NCBI GenBank assembly: GCA_963677485.1
Contig: OY781964.1
Coordinates: 1,024,001 to 1,088,000 of the forward strand
DNA: 64,000 nt
Direction: 5' to 3'
From: Armatimonadota bacterium
GTDB lineage: Bacteria > Armatimonadota > HRBIN16
A program made the position numbers and the translations under genes. Below the pieces are notes generated by a model. The model saw only the letters and a program-made list of their open reading frames with translations, had not been told where the DNA came from and did not search any database. Shown piece by piece: positions 1 through 10,100 of the stretch (the first letter of the stretch is position 1; each line of letters starts with the position of its first letter).

Positions 1-684
1 GTCCGAACACCACTCCATCACGTTACTCGCCATGTCCATACAGCCATATGGGCTGACATCGGAAGCAAAGCTGCCAACCGGTTTGGGACTCTTGAGCTTC
101 CCATTCACGCCATTAGCACACTTCGAAGCATCCCACTCGTTACCCCATGGGTATTTACGGCCGTCTGTACCCCTGGCAGCCTTCTCCCACTGAGCTTCAG
201 TGGGTAGAACAGCTTCTGCCCATTTACTATAGTCAAATGCATCCTGCCAGCTTACATTCACGATTGGATGATTCTCCTTCCACCCCCACTCTGGAGCCTT
301 TGGCATCTCTCTCTTCGTTGCCTTGCAGAATCTACGATATTGTGCGACCGTTACCTCATTTTTATACATCCAGTAGCCATCTAGATAAACTCTGCGTTGA
401 GGTTTCTCTTCATCTAGACCGAACGCAGTAATTGGTGCACCATCTAACTCCCTCACTTCGGCAGCAACTTGCTCGTCCGTGCTGCCCATGATAAACTCGC
501 CTGCAGGAACCCACACCATTTCAGCTCCATCTATGGGGTTAATCTTCATCCCGCTGGATTTCGAAGCCGCGTTATTGGGATATAGAGCCGCGTTGCTTGT
601 TCCTTTACATCCAGCCAACAAGAACAATATGCACAATACCGCCATTAGTATAAGGATAACTTTGTTGCGTGTTGCTGGCTTCAT
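1..684 (-). CDS. Formylglycine-generating-enzyme (FGE-sulfatase/SUMF1) domain lipoprotein, truncated by window edge
   Basis: Not in the ORF track. Hand translation from ATG 684 (RBS GAGGAGG) gives MKPATRNKVILILMAVLCILFLLAGC (lipobox LAGC), MVWVPAGEFIMGS, NEVTVAQY, HPIVNVSWQDA, LPTEAQWEKAARG, YPWG, SPYGCMDMASNVMEWC. Confidence 0.88.
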   Translation of the reverse strand, partial: MKPATRNKVILILMAVLCILFLLAGCKGTSNAALYPNNAASKSSGMKINPIDGAEMVWVPAGEFIMGSTDEQVAAEVRELDGAPITAFGLDEEKPQRRVYLDGYWMYKNEVTVAQYRRFCKATKREMPKAPEWGWKENHPIVNVSWQDAFDYSKWAEAVLPTEAQWEKAARGTDGRKYPWGNEWDASKCANGVNGKLKSPKPVGSFASDVSPYGCMDMASNVMEWCSD

Positions 685-867
685 TGATACATCCTCCTCA
701 GTTCTTTAGTGTTACAGATAAGTAAAGACATGCCTTCCTTTTCTGCTGTGAATAGTTTACACCATTTAGTTAAAGTTGGCAATAAAGTGAAACGTCTCGA
801 CATTGCTCCTTACCACCCTCCCCTGCGCCGGTCGGAGCGGAGCGACGCCGGCCGTTAATGATCAGCC

Positions 868-1176
868 GCGCGGTGCAGGAACCCGCAACGGCGAAGCCCC
901 GGAGCGTCATCTCCGCGGGTCGTAGCGGTGTGGGTGACTAAACCCGCGGCAGGGTGGCTGGTAGCCTGCGATATGGGCGACCATCAGGCGCGGTGAGGGA
1001 ACCCCGTTAAGGGACGCCAGTCCCGTGGGGTGACTAAACCCGCGGCACTGAGGCTGGTAGCCTGCGATATCAGCGACCAGCGTATTGCTACATGATCGGC
1101 TATCCGCCAGACCGGCGCGGTCTTGAGCCTTCTGTCATCGCTAGCGTACTGACAGACCGCCTCGGACATAGCAATT
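868..1176. repeat. Intergenic repeat cluster: two copies of hairpin family A (868-951, 988-1047) and one of family B (1109-1176)
   Basis: A (GCGCGGTG..GAACCC..GGGTGACTAAACCCGCGGCA) recurs at 4564-4623. B (AGACCGGCGCGGTCT..AGACCGCC.CGGACATAGC) recurs at 28048, 32573 and 42093. Confidence 0.85.
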
Positions 1177-1190
1177 CACGATGGCCTCCA

Positions 1191-2636
1191 TCAAACAGCC
1201 TTCCCGGTGCAGATGGCCCAGATCAATAGTCCCCCGGCGAGGGACATGATAAGAACCGTCAGCCATCCAAGCGTATTGGACAGCCAGCCATTACGATTTT
1301 TGCCCACGATCTTGCGGTTGTTGCAGATGAACAGTAACACCACAACCAAAGGTGGCGCGACCAATCCGTTGAGAACGGCCGAATAGAGAAGCGCCTTCAC
1401 GGGGCTGATCACACCCACGAAATTCAGCAGGTAGCCCACGATGATGACCAGCGCAATCGTAACATAAAATCCCTTCGCCCGATGGAACCGCCGATACAGG
1501 CCAAACCGCCATCCTGCGGTTTCGGCCACAGCATACGCAGCCGATCCGGCCAAGGTCGGCACCGCTAGCAGACCAACTCCAAGGATGCCTAGTGTGAACA
1601 GCCAGTATGCGGAGGCGCCAAGCGGCAACAGCGCACGTGCGGCATCGGTGGCGGTGTTGATATCTGTCTTTCCAGATGCGTGCAGCGTGGCCGCCGTGGA
1701 GACGATGATGAAGACGGTGATGATCTGTGAATAGATCATCCCGACGGCCGTATCAGCCCTGACAGACCTGATCTCCGAGCGTTTGACCTTGCTGGCGCGG
1801 TGGCCAGCATCGTCGGTGAAGCCTTCGGCAATATCCTCCTCAACCTGCTCTTCCGCCTGCCAGAAGAACAGGTAGGGAGATATCGTGGTGCCCAGAAAGC
1901 CGACTACAGTCAATATGTATAGCGGATTTGAGCTCCAATGCACGACCGTCATATGGTGAATGACCATAAGCCAGTTCACATGCACACTCGGCATCACGGC
2001 AATCACCATATATGTAAACAGCGACAAGCAGGCATACTTCAGAAACTTGACGTAGTGCTTGTAAGGAATGGCGATTACCGCCGCCACCATGCCTATGGTC
2101 AGCAGCAGAGCCCATAACTCAAAGGGCAATCCAAACAGCATCTTCATCGAGTCCGCCATGATGTTGATGTCTGCGTAGACATTAATCGTATTCGCCAACA
2201 CCAGCAGGATCAGCACACTGTACAACAGCCATTTCGAATAGTGCTGCTTGATGATGGCGGATAATCCCTTACTTGTGACAAGGCCTACCCGCCCGCACAT
2301 CTCCTGCACGGCAATCATCAGGGGCACACACACGGGAGCTAGCCATAGAAGCTGGTATCCGAACATCGCTCCTGCGACCGAATAGGTGCCGATACCGGAA
2401 GGGTCGTCATCTGCGGCACCGGTAACTAAACCAGGCCCAATTTTTAGAAACCACGGTCGAGAAGTTGGCGCGGCCTTTCTGCTCTCTTCCTGAGCTTCAT
2501 AGATGTCAGAATGGTCATCCGCAACCCCTTCTGCGAGTGATACCGGATCAGTCGCCTCTGTCACGTCACCAGGCCTCTTAACGGGCTTATTCTTCTTAGC
2601 CAAATACCACTCGCAATCTTGTGATGGGCATGTCAC
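1191..2636 (-). CDS. NRAMP-family divalent metal (Mn2+/Fe2+) transporter
   Basis: IGPGLVTGAADDDPSGIGTYS, QEMCGRVG, GTTISPYLFFWQA and about 11 hydrophobic segments. Start codon uncertain. Confidence 0.85.
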   Translation of the reverse strand: MTCPSQDCEWYLAKKNKPVKRPGDVTEATDPVSLAEGVADDHSDIYEAQEESRKAAPTSRPWFLKIGPGLVTGAADDDPSGIGTYSVAGAMFGYQLLWLAPVCVPLMIAVQEMCGRVGLVTSKGLSAIIKQHYSKWLLYSVLILLVLANTINVYADINIMADSMKMLFGLPFELWALLLTIGMVAAVIAIPYKHYVKFLKYACLSLFTYMVIAVMPSVHVNWLMVIHHMTVVHWSSNPLYILTVVGFLGTTISPYLFFWQAEEQVEEDIAEGFTDDAGHRASKVKRSEIRSVRADTAVGMIYSQIITVFIIVSTAATLHASGKTDINTATDAARALLPLGASAYWLFTLGILGVGLLAVPTLAGSAAYAVAETAGWRFGLYRRFHRAKGFYVTIALVIIVGYLLNFVGVISPVKALLYSAVLNGLVAPPLVVVLLFICNNRKIVGKNRNGWLSNTLGWLTVLIMSLAGGLLIWAICTGKAV

Positions 2637-2666
2637 CTGACATGCTTATTGGGCGCCGGTTACCGA

Positions 2667-3053
2667 CTAGTGCTTCGGTTGATAATGCTGTCGCACTATG
2701 GCCGCAATTTGGCGATCAGTCATCTTGTCCGCAGTTTCGACGCCTACGATACACGCTCCAAGCCCTTCCTTCTTCAACTTTTTGGCGAATTCGCCTTTCG
2801 CTTCGCCCGGACCGAGTATCAGTATGCTCATGGCATCACGAATATGAGATATCACCTCATCGTAGTATTTACTGAGATGATCCATAAAACGCCTGTCTTG
2901 TTGGTCTTCTGGAGCGACATCCAGTGATGCAGGTATATCACGATCGTTCCGCTCCACGTTTGATGCGAGGTTTGTGATCAGCTCGGTATCACCCGAGATC
3001 GTCACGATGACGGCCTTCTTGTGATCAATCCAGAGACCCACTTCTTTTTTCAT
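2667..3053 (-). CDS. Small eRF1-domain-2-like / host-attachment-like protein
   Basis: MKKEVGLWIDHKKAVIV...ILILGPGEAKGEF...ETADKMTDRQI. ATG 3053 has RBS AAGGGG. Confidence 0.65.
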   Translation of the reverse strand: MKKEVGLWIDHKKAVIVTISGDTELITNLASNVERNDRDIPASLDVAPEDQQDRRFMDHLSKYYDEVISHIRDAMSILILGPGEAKGEFAKKLKKEGLGACIVGVETADKMTDRQIAAIVRQHYQPKH

Positions 3054-3322
3054 TTTGATATCCCCTTTTCGTGTAATGGTCCGATTCATCATCCGCTGGT
3101 TGGTGACGGATCCTGTGCTCACATGCACTAGACAGTCAGAGTTTACCTTTTAATACGACCCAATTGTACGGCCTGACTATTCCGCTATCTGCGGACTGTC
3201 ATTCCCCTCCGTGTCCTCCGCGTCTCCGCGTGAGATTGTTACCCACTAACCCCCAAGAAGGATATCCGCTGCCCTGCACCTAATATCACAGCAGCATACT
3301 ACATATCTCATGAGGTGATACC

Positions 3323-4372
3323 ATGGAGCCACGTAACCTGAGCCCGCTGCAGATGTTCACAAAACTTGCCCAAGAGCACACCCCGTTGTGCCAGTTCCAC
3401 GGCACGAACAAGCCTGAATTTGAGAGCTGGAAAGCCGACACCTACCCCAAAGTCAAGGCCACCCTGGGTGACTGGCCTGAGCGCGTTGACCTCAACCCCG
3501 AGCTGATGGTGGAATGGGAGCAAGACGGTCTGCGAAAACAGCGCTGGCTGATCGATGTCGGGTGCCACATCTCCGCAAGCCTCATCGTCTGCTACCCCAC
3601 CGACATCAAGAAAGGCGAGAAACGCCCGGCAATTCTGGCCTGGCACGGCCATGGTCAGTATGGCAAAGCGCCCGTGATGGGCAACGACTCCAGCCCGGCC
3701 CTGCGTGCCGACATTCAGAACATGAACTACAACTACGGCCATGTGATGGCGTTGAATGGCTATATCACCTTCGGCATCGACTGGATCGGGGCTGGCGAGC
3801 GCAATGACGCGAATAAACCTCACTTCCTTAGCCATGCCGGCGGCCGTGACTGGTGCAACCTCTACTACCTCCACGCCACCATGCTGGGCATGACCTCCCT
3901 CTCCATCAACATCACCCACGGTATAGCCGCCACAGACTTCGTGAGCAGCCTGCCCGAGGTCGACGCCGATCGGATGGGTGTGATGGGCCTTTCGGGCGGG
4001 GGCACCATGACGCTGTGGTCCGCGTTGATGGATGATCGGCTGAAGGCGGCGGAGGTGATGTGCTACAGCGATCTGTGGGAGGTATTCCTGTTCCACGATC
4101 TGAATGCATGCGGCATGCAAGTGGCTCCCGGCTTGTATAAACAGGTCGATCTGCCAGACCTGCAGGGGCTGCTCGCACCGAAGCCGCTGTTGGTTGACAT
4201 CGGTGTATATGACACCTGCTTCAACATCGATTCGTCGATGAAGTGCTTCCATAAACTAGAAAAAATCTATGATGCCGCGGAGGCACGCCATCTACTGGAA
4301 CTCGATCTGTTCGCAGGTGAGCACGGCTGGGGCACCAACAAGAGCGTGGAGTTCTTCGGTAAATACCTGTAG
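3323..4372 (+). CDS. Alpha/beta hydrolase (dienelactone hydrolase / esterase-like)
   Basis: PAILAWHGHG, nucleophile GLSGGG, C-terminal GEHGW; RBS GAGGTG. Confidence 0.85.
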   Translation: MEPRNLSPLQMFTKLAQEHTPLCQFHGTNKPEFESWKADTYPKVKATLGDWPERVDLNPELMVEWEQDGLRKQRWLIDVGCHISASLIVCYPTDIKKGEKRPAILAWHGHGQYGKAPVMGNDSSPALRADIQNMNYNYGHVMALNGYITFGIDWIGAGERNDANKPHFLSHAGGRDWCNLYYLHATMLGMTSLSINITHGIAATDFVSSLPEVDADRMGVMGLSGGGTMTLWSALMDDRLKAAEVMCYSDLWEVFLFHDLNACGMQVAPGLYKQVDLPDLQGLLAPKPLLVDIGVYDTCFNIDSSMKCFHKLEKIYDAAEARHLLELDLFAGEHGWGTNKSVEFFGKYL

Positions 4373-4692
4373 GGTGGTGGCTGCTGGCGGGTTGGGTGGC
4401 TGGTAGCCTGCGACGTGGGCAACCGGCACCGTGTCGACGGGTTCCATCGCCCCAAGGGGCTTCATCACCCGTCGCTGATCATATGGCTGCCCGCGTCGCT
4501 TCGATCCTGCGGGCGTTGGCGGAAGGCTCCCTGCGCCCGCTTGCGGGCTGCGACTCATTAGACGCGCGGTGAGGGAACCCCGTTTAGGGACGCCAGTCCC
4601 GTGGGGTGACTAAACCCGCGGCAGCGTGGCTGATCATTTACGATAAACACCATCTCCCCCTTTGCGCCTTTGCCCCCTTGCGTCTTTGCGTT
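4373..4692. repeat. Intergenic repeat cluster (GGCTGGTAGCCTGCGA motif, family A 4564-4623, tandem 8-mer CTTTGCG family 4657-4692)
   Basis: Direct matches to 957-975, 988-1047 and 16757-16783. Confidence 0.8.
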
Positions 4693-4819
4693 GGATACCC
4701 TCTTCGGACCAACCGCCCATCTGTTGTGAATCCTAAAACCGGCATGACACTTAAGGCCGACACCTGCCAGCATGTTATAATATCTGCGAGTACACATACC
4801 CCTTAAGGATACATATAAT

Positions 4820-7072
4820 ATGGACAGCCCCTTCTTCGAAACATATTTTCCTAATACCCCTGCCGACCAACTGGCCAAATGGCTGTGGGCAGGGCAAACC
4901 AGCTCACGCATCTGCAAGAGCTTCGAACTGACTGAGCAGCCCGTCAGCGCGCACCTCTTCTTCAGCAGCTTCACGTTGGGTGGCAGCGGCAGCTCCGACT
5001 ACGGTCTGAAAGCGGTCTGCAACGGCAGCGAATATGAGCCACTCTCTCCCCGCTTGTTCTGGCACATCAACCGGCCGATCATGTTCGTGCAGGATGTGGC
5101 CGCCATCTTAACGGTCGGTGCAAACAGCATCGAGTTGTTTGGTGAAGAGCGTCCACCCATCCACGGTCAGAAGCCCGGCAGCCATGGCCTGATGGCGGTG
5201 TTGATGATGGTGATGGCCGACGGCCGAACGGTCTGCATACAGACCGATGAGAGCTGGAGCGCAGAGCAGCCCCTGGAAATCCTCGGTGATGCCTGCAACG
5301 CCACGCCTGGCCCCGCCAAGGTGTTCCCCGGCCTCACCGTAGACGGCCCTGGTCTGCCGGAGCTCTACCCGGCCACCGTACCCGGCACCCCCGAGCAGCG
5401 GCTGGCACACGACTGGAACCCTCCCACCCGCATCGTGACCACCAACAACGGCGGCGGCGTGATCGCCGTGCAGAGTGCCTGCTGCGATGAGCAACCCACC
5501 GTCGACATCCTGCCCTCTAAAACGGATGAGAAGCCATGGGTGATCTACGATGCTGGTCAGGAGATCTGCGGCGGCATCCTACTGAACACCCTGGAGGGTA
5601 GTTCCGCTAAGTTCTATGTCCACCTGGCCGAATCCGTGGCGGAAAGCCTGGCCCCGGCCATCAACAGCCACTCGCTGACCGAGTTTATCGTAGAGATGGG
5701 CCCCAACAACCAGGTTTTGCTTGGTGAGGTGGGCTTCCGGTTCGCTCGTGTGGAACTGTTGAGTGCCGATGGCGCGGTTCGTATCGGGCCGATCATGTTC
5801 CGAAGCACCTACCTGCCGTTGGAGCAGCGCGGCAACTTCGAATGCAACGACCAGAAGCTGAACGACATCTGGAAGACCTCCGTTCGCACCGCACACCTCT
5901 GTCTGCAGACCGGCTTATGGGATGGTATCAAGCGCGACCGTCTGGAGTGGGCGGGCGACCTTCACGTTGAGACAGAAGTGATCTACACCACCTTTGGCGA
6001 CGCCACCGTGATCAAGGAGTCGCTGGACCATCTGCGCCTGGCGGGTGTCTGGCCCCGCAACGTGCAGGGCATCCCCGGCTACACCGCTTATTGGGCGATG
6101 GCATATGAGCTGGTGCTGCGCTTTGAGGACGACCGCGAGATCATCACCCGCAACCTTGAGCACATTATCTCCGCTGCACACTGGTTCGTCGATCAGTTTG
6201 GCGTGGACGGCCTTTGGGACCCCAAGGGCCAGGATCGTCCATTGATTGACTGGGCATGGTTGGAGCATGATGACTGCGTAAAGGGCACGCACTTCCAGTG
6301 GATCGAATCGCTGGATTGTGTCAGCAAGGTGCTGGCCTCCGTCGGTGAAATTGAAGTCGCCGCCAAATGCATCGCCGCGGCCGAAGCCGCCCGCGAGGCT
6401 GCCCGTAAAGCCTGGCTCGACCCAGAGACAGGGCTGTTCAGCAAACGGCAGCAGGTCAATGCCTGGGCCGTGGTGTGCGGTGCTCTGCCCGAAAGCAGCT
6501 TCGCAGCCGCTTCAGAAGATCTGAAGGAGACCCACAAGCGATGGGTCAGTCCCTTCCAGAACTTCTATGTGCTGCAGGCCCTGGCCTGTTTGAACCAGCA
6601 CCAAAGCGCGCTGGATATCATCCGCAACTACTGGGGCGCCATGCTTGACGCCGGTGCCACCACCTTCTGGGAAGTGTTCGATCCCCGCTGGGTCACCAGC
6701 CCTGCAGGTATCGAAGAGATGCCAGATCCGGCAGGTGACACCCACAAGAACCTCTGGACAGACGCTTACGGCGAATACCGCATCAGCCTCTGCCACGGCT
6801 GGGCCTCCGGACCTGCCACCTTCATGCTGGAGCAGATTTTGGGTGCTCAACCCGCTGCGCCAGGCTGGAAGAAGCTGTTGGTAGCTCCGCATCCAGGCGA
6901 CCTCACCAAGGCTAACGGCTCTGTGCCCACGCCGATGGGTGATGTCAAACTGGCATGGACAGTCAACGCCGGTGTGATCAACATCAGCGTCGTTTGCCCC
7001 GCCGGTATGGAGGTTCAAGTGCAGATACCCGATGGCCTTCAAAAGGGTGATGTAACGATCAGCCAAGCCTAA
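4820..7072 (+). CDS. Alpha-L-rhamnosidase, GH78 family
   Basis: DGIKRDRLEWAGD, GATTFWE, SLCHGWASGP, GSVPTPMG motifs. Confidence 0.88.
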   Translation: MDSPFFETYFPNTPADQLAKWLWAGQTSSRICKSFELTEQPVSAHLFFSSFTLGGSGSSDYGLKAVCNGSEYEPLSPRLFWHINRPIMFVQDVAAILTVGANSIELFGEERPPIHGQKPGSHGLMAVLMMVMADGRTVCIQTDESWSAEQPLEILGDACNATPGPAKVFPGLTVDGPGLPELYPATVPGTPEQRLAHDWNPPTRIVTTNNGGGVIAVQSACCDEQPTVDILPSKTDEKPWVIYDAGQEICGGILLNTLEGSSAKFYVHLAESVAESLAPAINSHSLTEFIVEMGPNNQVLLGEVGFRFARVELLSADGAVRIGPIMFRSTYLPLEQRGNFECNDQKLNDIWKTSVRTAHLCLQTGLWDGIKRDRLEWAGDLHVETEVIYTTFGDATVIKESLDHLRLAGVWPRNVQGIPGYTAYWAMAYELVLRFEDDREIITRNLEHIISAAHWFVDQFGVDGLWDPKGQDRPLIDWAWLEHDDCVKGTHFQWIESLDCVSKVLASVGEIEVAAKCIAAAEAAREAARKAWLDPETGLFSKRQQVNAWAVVCGALPESSFAAASEDLKETHKRWVSPFQNFYVLQALACLNQHQSALDIIRNYWGAMLDAGATTFWEVFDPRWVTSPAGIEEMPDPAGDTHKNLWTDAYGEYRISLCHGWASGPATFMLEQILGAQPAAPGWKKLLVAPHPGDLTKANGSVPTPMGDVKLAWTVNAGVINISVVCPAGMEVQVQIPDGLQKGDVTISQA

Positions 7073-7171
7073 GGGTAAGATATAGATAGCCGCACTGTGG
7101 CACGCAGAGGGATTTAGGTCCTTCTGCGTGCTTCAGTCATACTGTAAGGCCTTTAGGAGTACCGCTTCAAC

Positions 7172-10100
7172 ATGAAATACTCTGCTGTTCTTGCCATGAT
7201 AACCGCCGTGATATCTTGCCAATACCCACTGCAGGCGGATGTCATCAATACCAATCAAACTCCCCATGGCCTGGTCAATTTCCGCGGCTCCAGTGCCGAT
7301 TCATGGAACCTCATCGGTGTGGATGACCCACGCTGCATCGGCGTGGACCTTTACCTGACATGGAGCGAGATAGAGCCGACAGAGGGCAAGTTCAACTGGG
7401 CTGACTTGGATGCGCAGATGGCGCCGTGGATCAACGCTGGCAAGAAGGTGGCCTTACGCTTCAGCACCGGTGGTCACCGCGTGCAGGAGACTCCCGAGTG
7501 GGTATTTCAGAGCGGTGTGCGGCGCATCGTCTGCCGAGAAGCGCCTTTCTATGACTTTGAAACTGATGGCGAAATGCAGTTATCGCCTGGTACGTTGATC
7601 AGTGCCAATAAGGGCGATGTGATCAGCGGCAAGAACAGCCTGGTACTCACCGATGCTTCTGCCACACTTAGCACCAAACCGGAGCTCAAGCTGCCTCTTT
7701 CGGAGGGGATGATTGTTGCATTCGATGCCAAAATGGAGGCTGCCGGCAGCATCACTCTACAGTGCATCAGCGGAGACGGCACAAAGACCTATAACGAGAA
7801 AACATTTGACCTGAAGGCTGGTGAGACCCGTCCGCTGGAGTGGAACTTCACCACTCCGAATGCAGAGGGTAGCCGTTTGCTCTGGCGCACGAGTGCGCCG
7901 GTCAGCATCGACAACGTGCTGGTCGTCCGACGCTCCCTGCGCCAGTATACCTACCCGGTCTATTGGCAGCCAGAGTTCCGCCAAAAGCTCACCGACTTCA
8001 TCGGTGCCGTCGCCAGCCGATATGGGAACAACCCCAACATCCTCTATTTCAATATCAACGGAATCGGTCGCTGGGAAGAGGCGATGATCGACACCGGTGA
8101 TGACTGGCAGGACAAATCGGCCAAACGCCAATGGCTGGCTCAGGGCTATACCCAAAAGAGCTACCTTGAGCAAGTGAAGTGGTCGATGGACACCTGGCGC
8201 AAGGCTCTTCCGAAGGGCCCGCTCTGCCTGATGGTGGCCTATGCGATGAAGGACACGGGGGACGAATCCTGGAACTGGATTCGTCTGGCGGATGAAGCGG
8301 CTAAACGCGGTGTGATAGTGAAACAAAACGGCTGGAGCGGCAAGTTCAGCGAGTGGCACGACACCAACCAGTTTGGCTGGGTCGCTCAGCGCATGCGAAA
8401 CCAGGTTCCTCTGGTATATGAACCAGGCGGCGGCCCCAACGCTGGCGGATTGGGCACCAGTATGACCTACATGAACCAGGCGCTGCTGGACAGTCCAGCC
8501 ATGCTCACCTGGTATAGCTACAACTGGATTGATGAGCCTAACCAGGCTTCGCTGGATTTCGCAGCGGCGGCTTTAGGTAAGGGCGAAATTAGCACTTTTT
8601 ATAACCTGCTTCAGCCCATGGAAGACAGTTACGAGCGTAAAGGCAACTCAAAGCCTGTCAGCAACCGAAACCAGCAGTTCGGACTGATCCAGTGGGATGA
8701 CCCAGACTGGCTCAACCGCAGCTTCGGCGGCGGAGGGGGCAAGACGGTTTATGATGTGAAGGCGGGACAGCCCTGCATCCGCACCGATCAAGCCAGCAAA
8801 AACCCATATATTAACTTTGATATCGACGACCGCACGACACACCGTGGTATGAACGGCATTGTGTTGATGTTGAACTACTTTGACGAAGGTACCGACAGCT
8901 TCCGCGTAGAGTTATTCAACCGTCAGAGCGGCAAATACGAGCCCATCAAGACCGTCAAGAAGACGAACACAAGTGCCTGGACACGGGCCTATGTGACACT
9001 CCCCTGGTATGACGCGTTTGCACCAATGAATCCGCGCAACAACACCTGGAAGGATGTCAGAATCAACTGCATGGGTGACGGTGATGACGCATTCGCTAAT
9101 CTGCAACTGAACTTCGCACCCGTTCAAGGATGGGCCACGACATCGGAGCCGACCACTTTACAGAACACCGCTCCAAACGAATGGGTCTTGCGCACTAAAA
9201 TACCAGCCGATTTGGTGCATATCCCCGTTTCTACCCCGGACAACGGAGCCAACGCCGCCACACTTAGCATCTATACTGACGGTGTGCTGGTCCAACAGAA
9301 AAGCTTCAGCTACGTGGACAATGGGGATGTCTGGACACTGCCATTACCCCCATCCAACAGCACCGAATACACACTCAACCTGAAGGTGACGTCGGGTAGT
9401 ATCAGCCTGCCCAGCAGCTTGAGCGAGCCAGCTAAGGCCACCTTACTGAGGTATACCTCCGACGATCAAGGCTTGGTTCTGGATGATAAGCGCGATGGTC
9501 GTTTCAGAGCACGCAAACCCTGGCATGAGTTAGATCTACCACACAATGCTAGCGGTAGATATCAGCTGCAGCGGCTGTGCGGCGACGAGTGGCTCACTGT
9601 GGCTGCGTTCAACCTGCGCAAGCAAAAGCTGGTGAACTCTGCTCCAATGCCTGCTGGCCAGTACCGTTTGTTCCCGGCACTAAAGCCGGAGCAGATCAGC
9701 TATTTGGTGCCCCAGGTTCCAGCACCTGACACCGCAATACCCGAGCCGATTCCCGGCATCGTGCTGGCGAAGTGGAAGGGTCCCGAGCTGCCCTCATTAA
9801 GCGCGATCAGTCTCGAATCGCCAAGAGGTTTGAATGTCACAGCGGCAGACCGGCAGTATGTCCGACTGTCCATCCGCAATAACAGTGCCAACACGCTGGG
9901 TAAAGTCTATTGGCGGAGCGCAGACCAGGAGTTCGGTGAAGAGCGGTGCATGCCCTTCCAGTTGCTGCCTAACGACAGAGAGGTGCGCACCATCCGCCTG
10001 TTTGTGTCTGACAGTAAAGCATGGTCTGGCCAGATCGATCAGATTCGCGTCAGCCTGGGTGGCGATTGGCCAGACACGGGCATCATCAGCATCAAACAGA

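Noticed and set aside
147-709. Plus-strand ORFs 147-431 and 479-709
   Set aside because: Antisense to the clear minus-strand FGE-domain gene.
810-860. Possible integron attC site near the AT-rich FGE gene
   Set aside because: No complementary R''/R' boxes with proper L-box spacing, and no integrase or cassette array.
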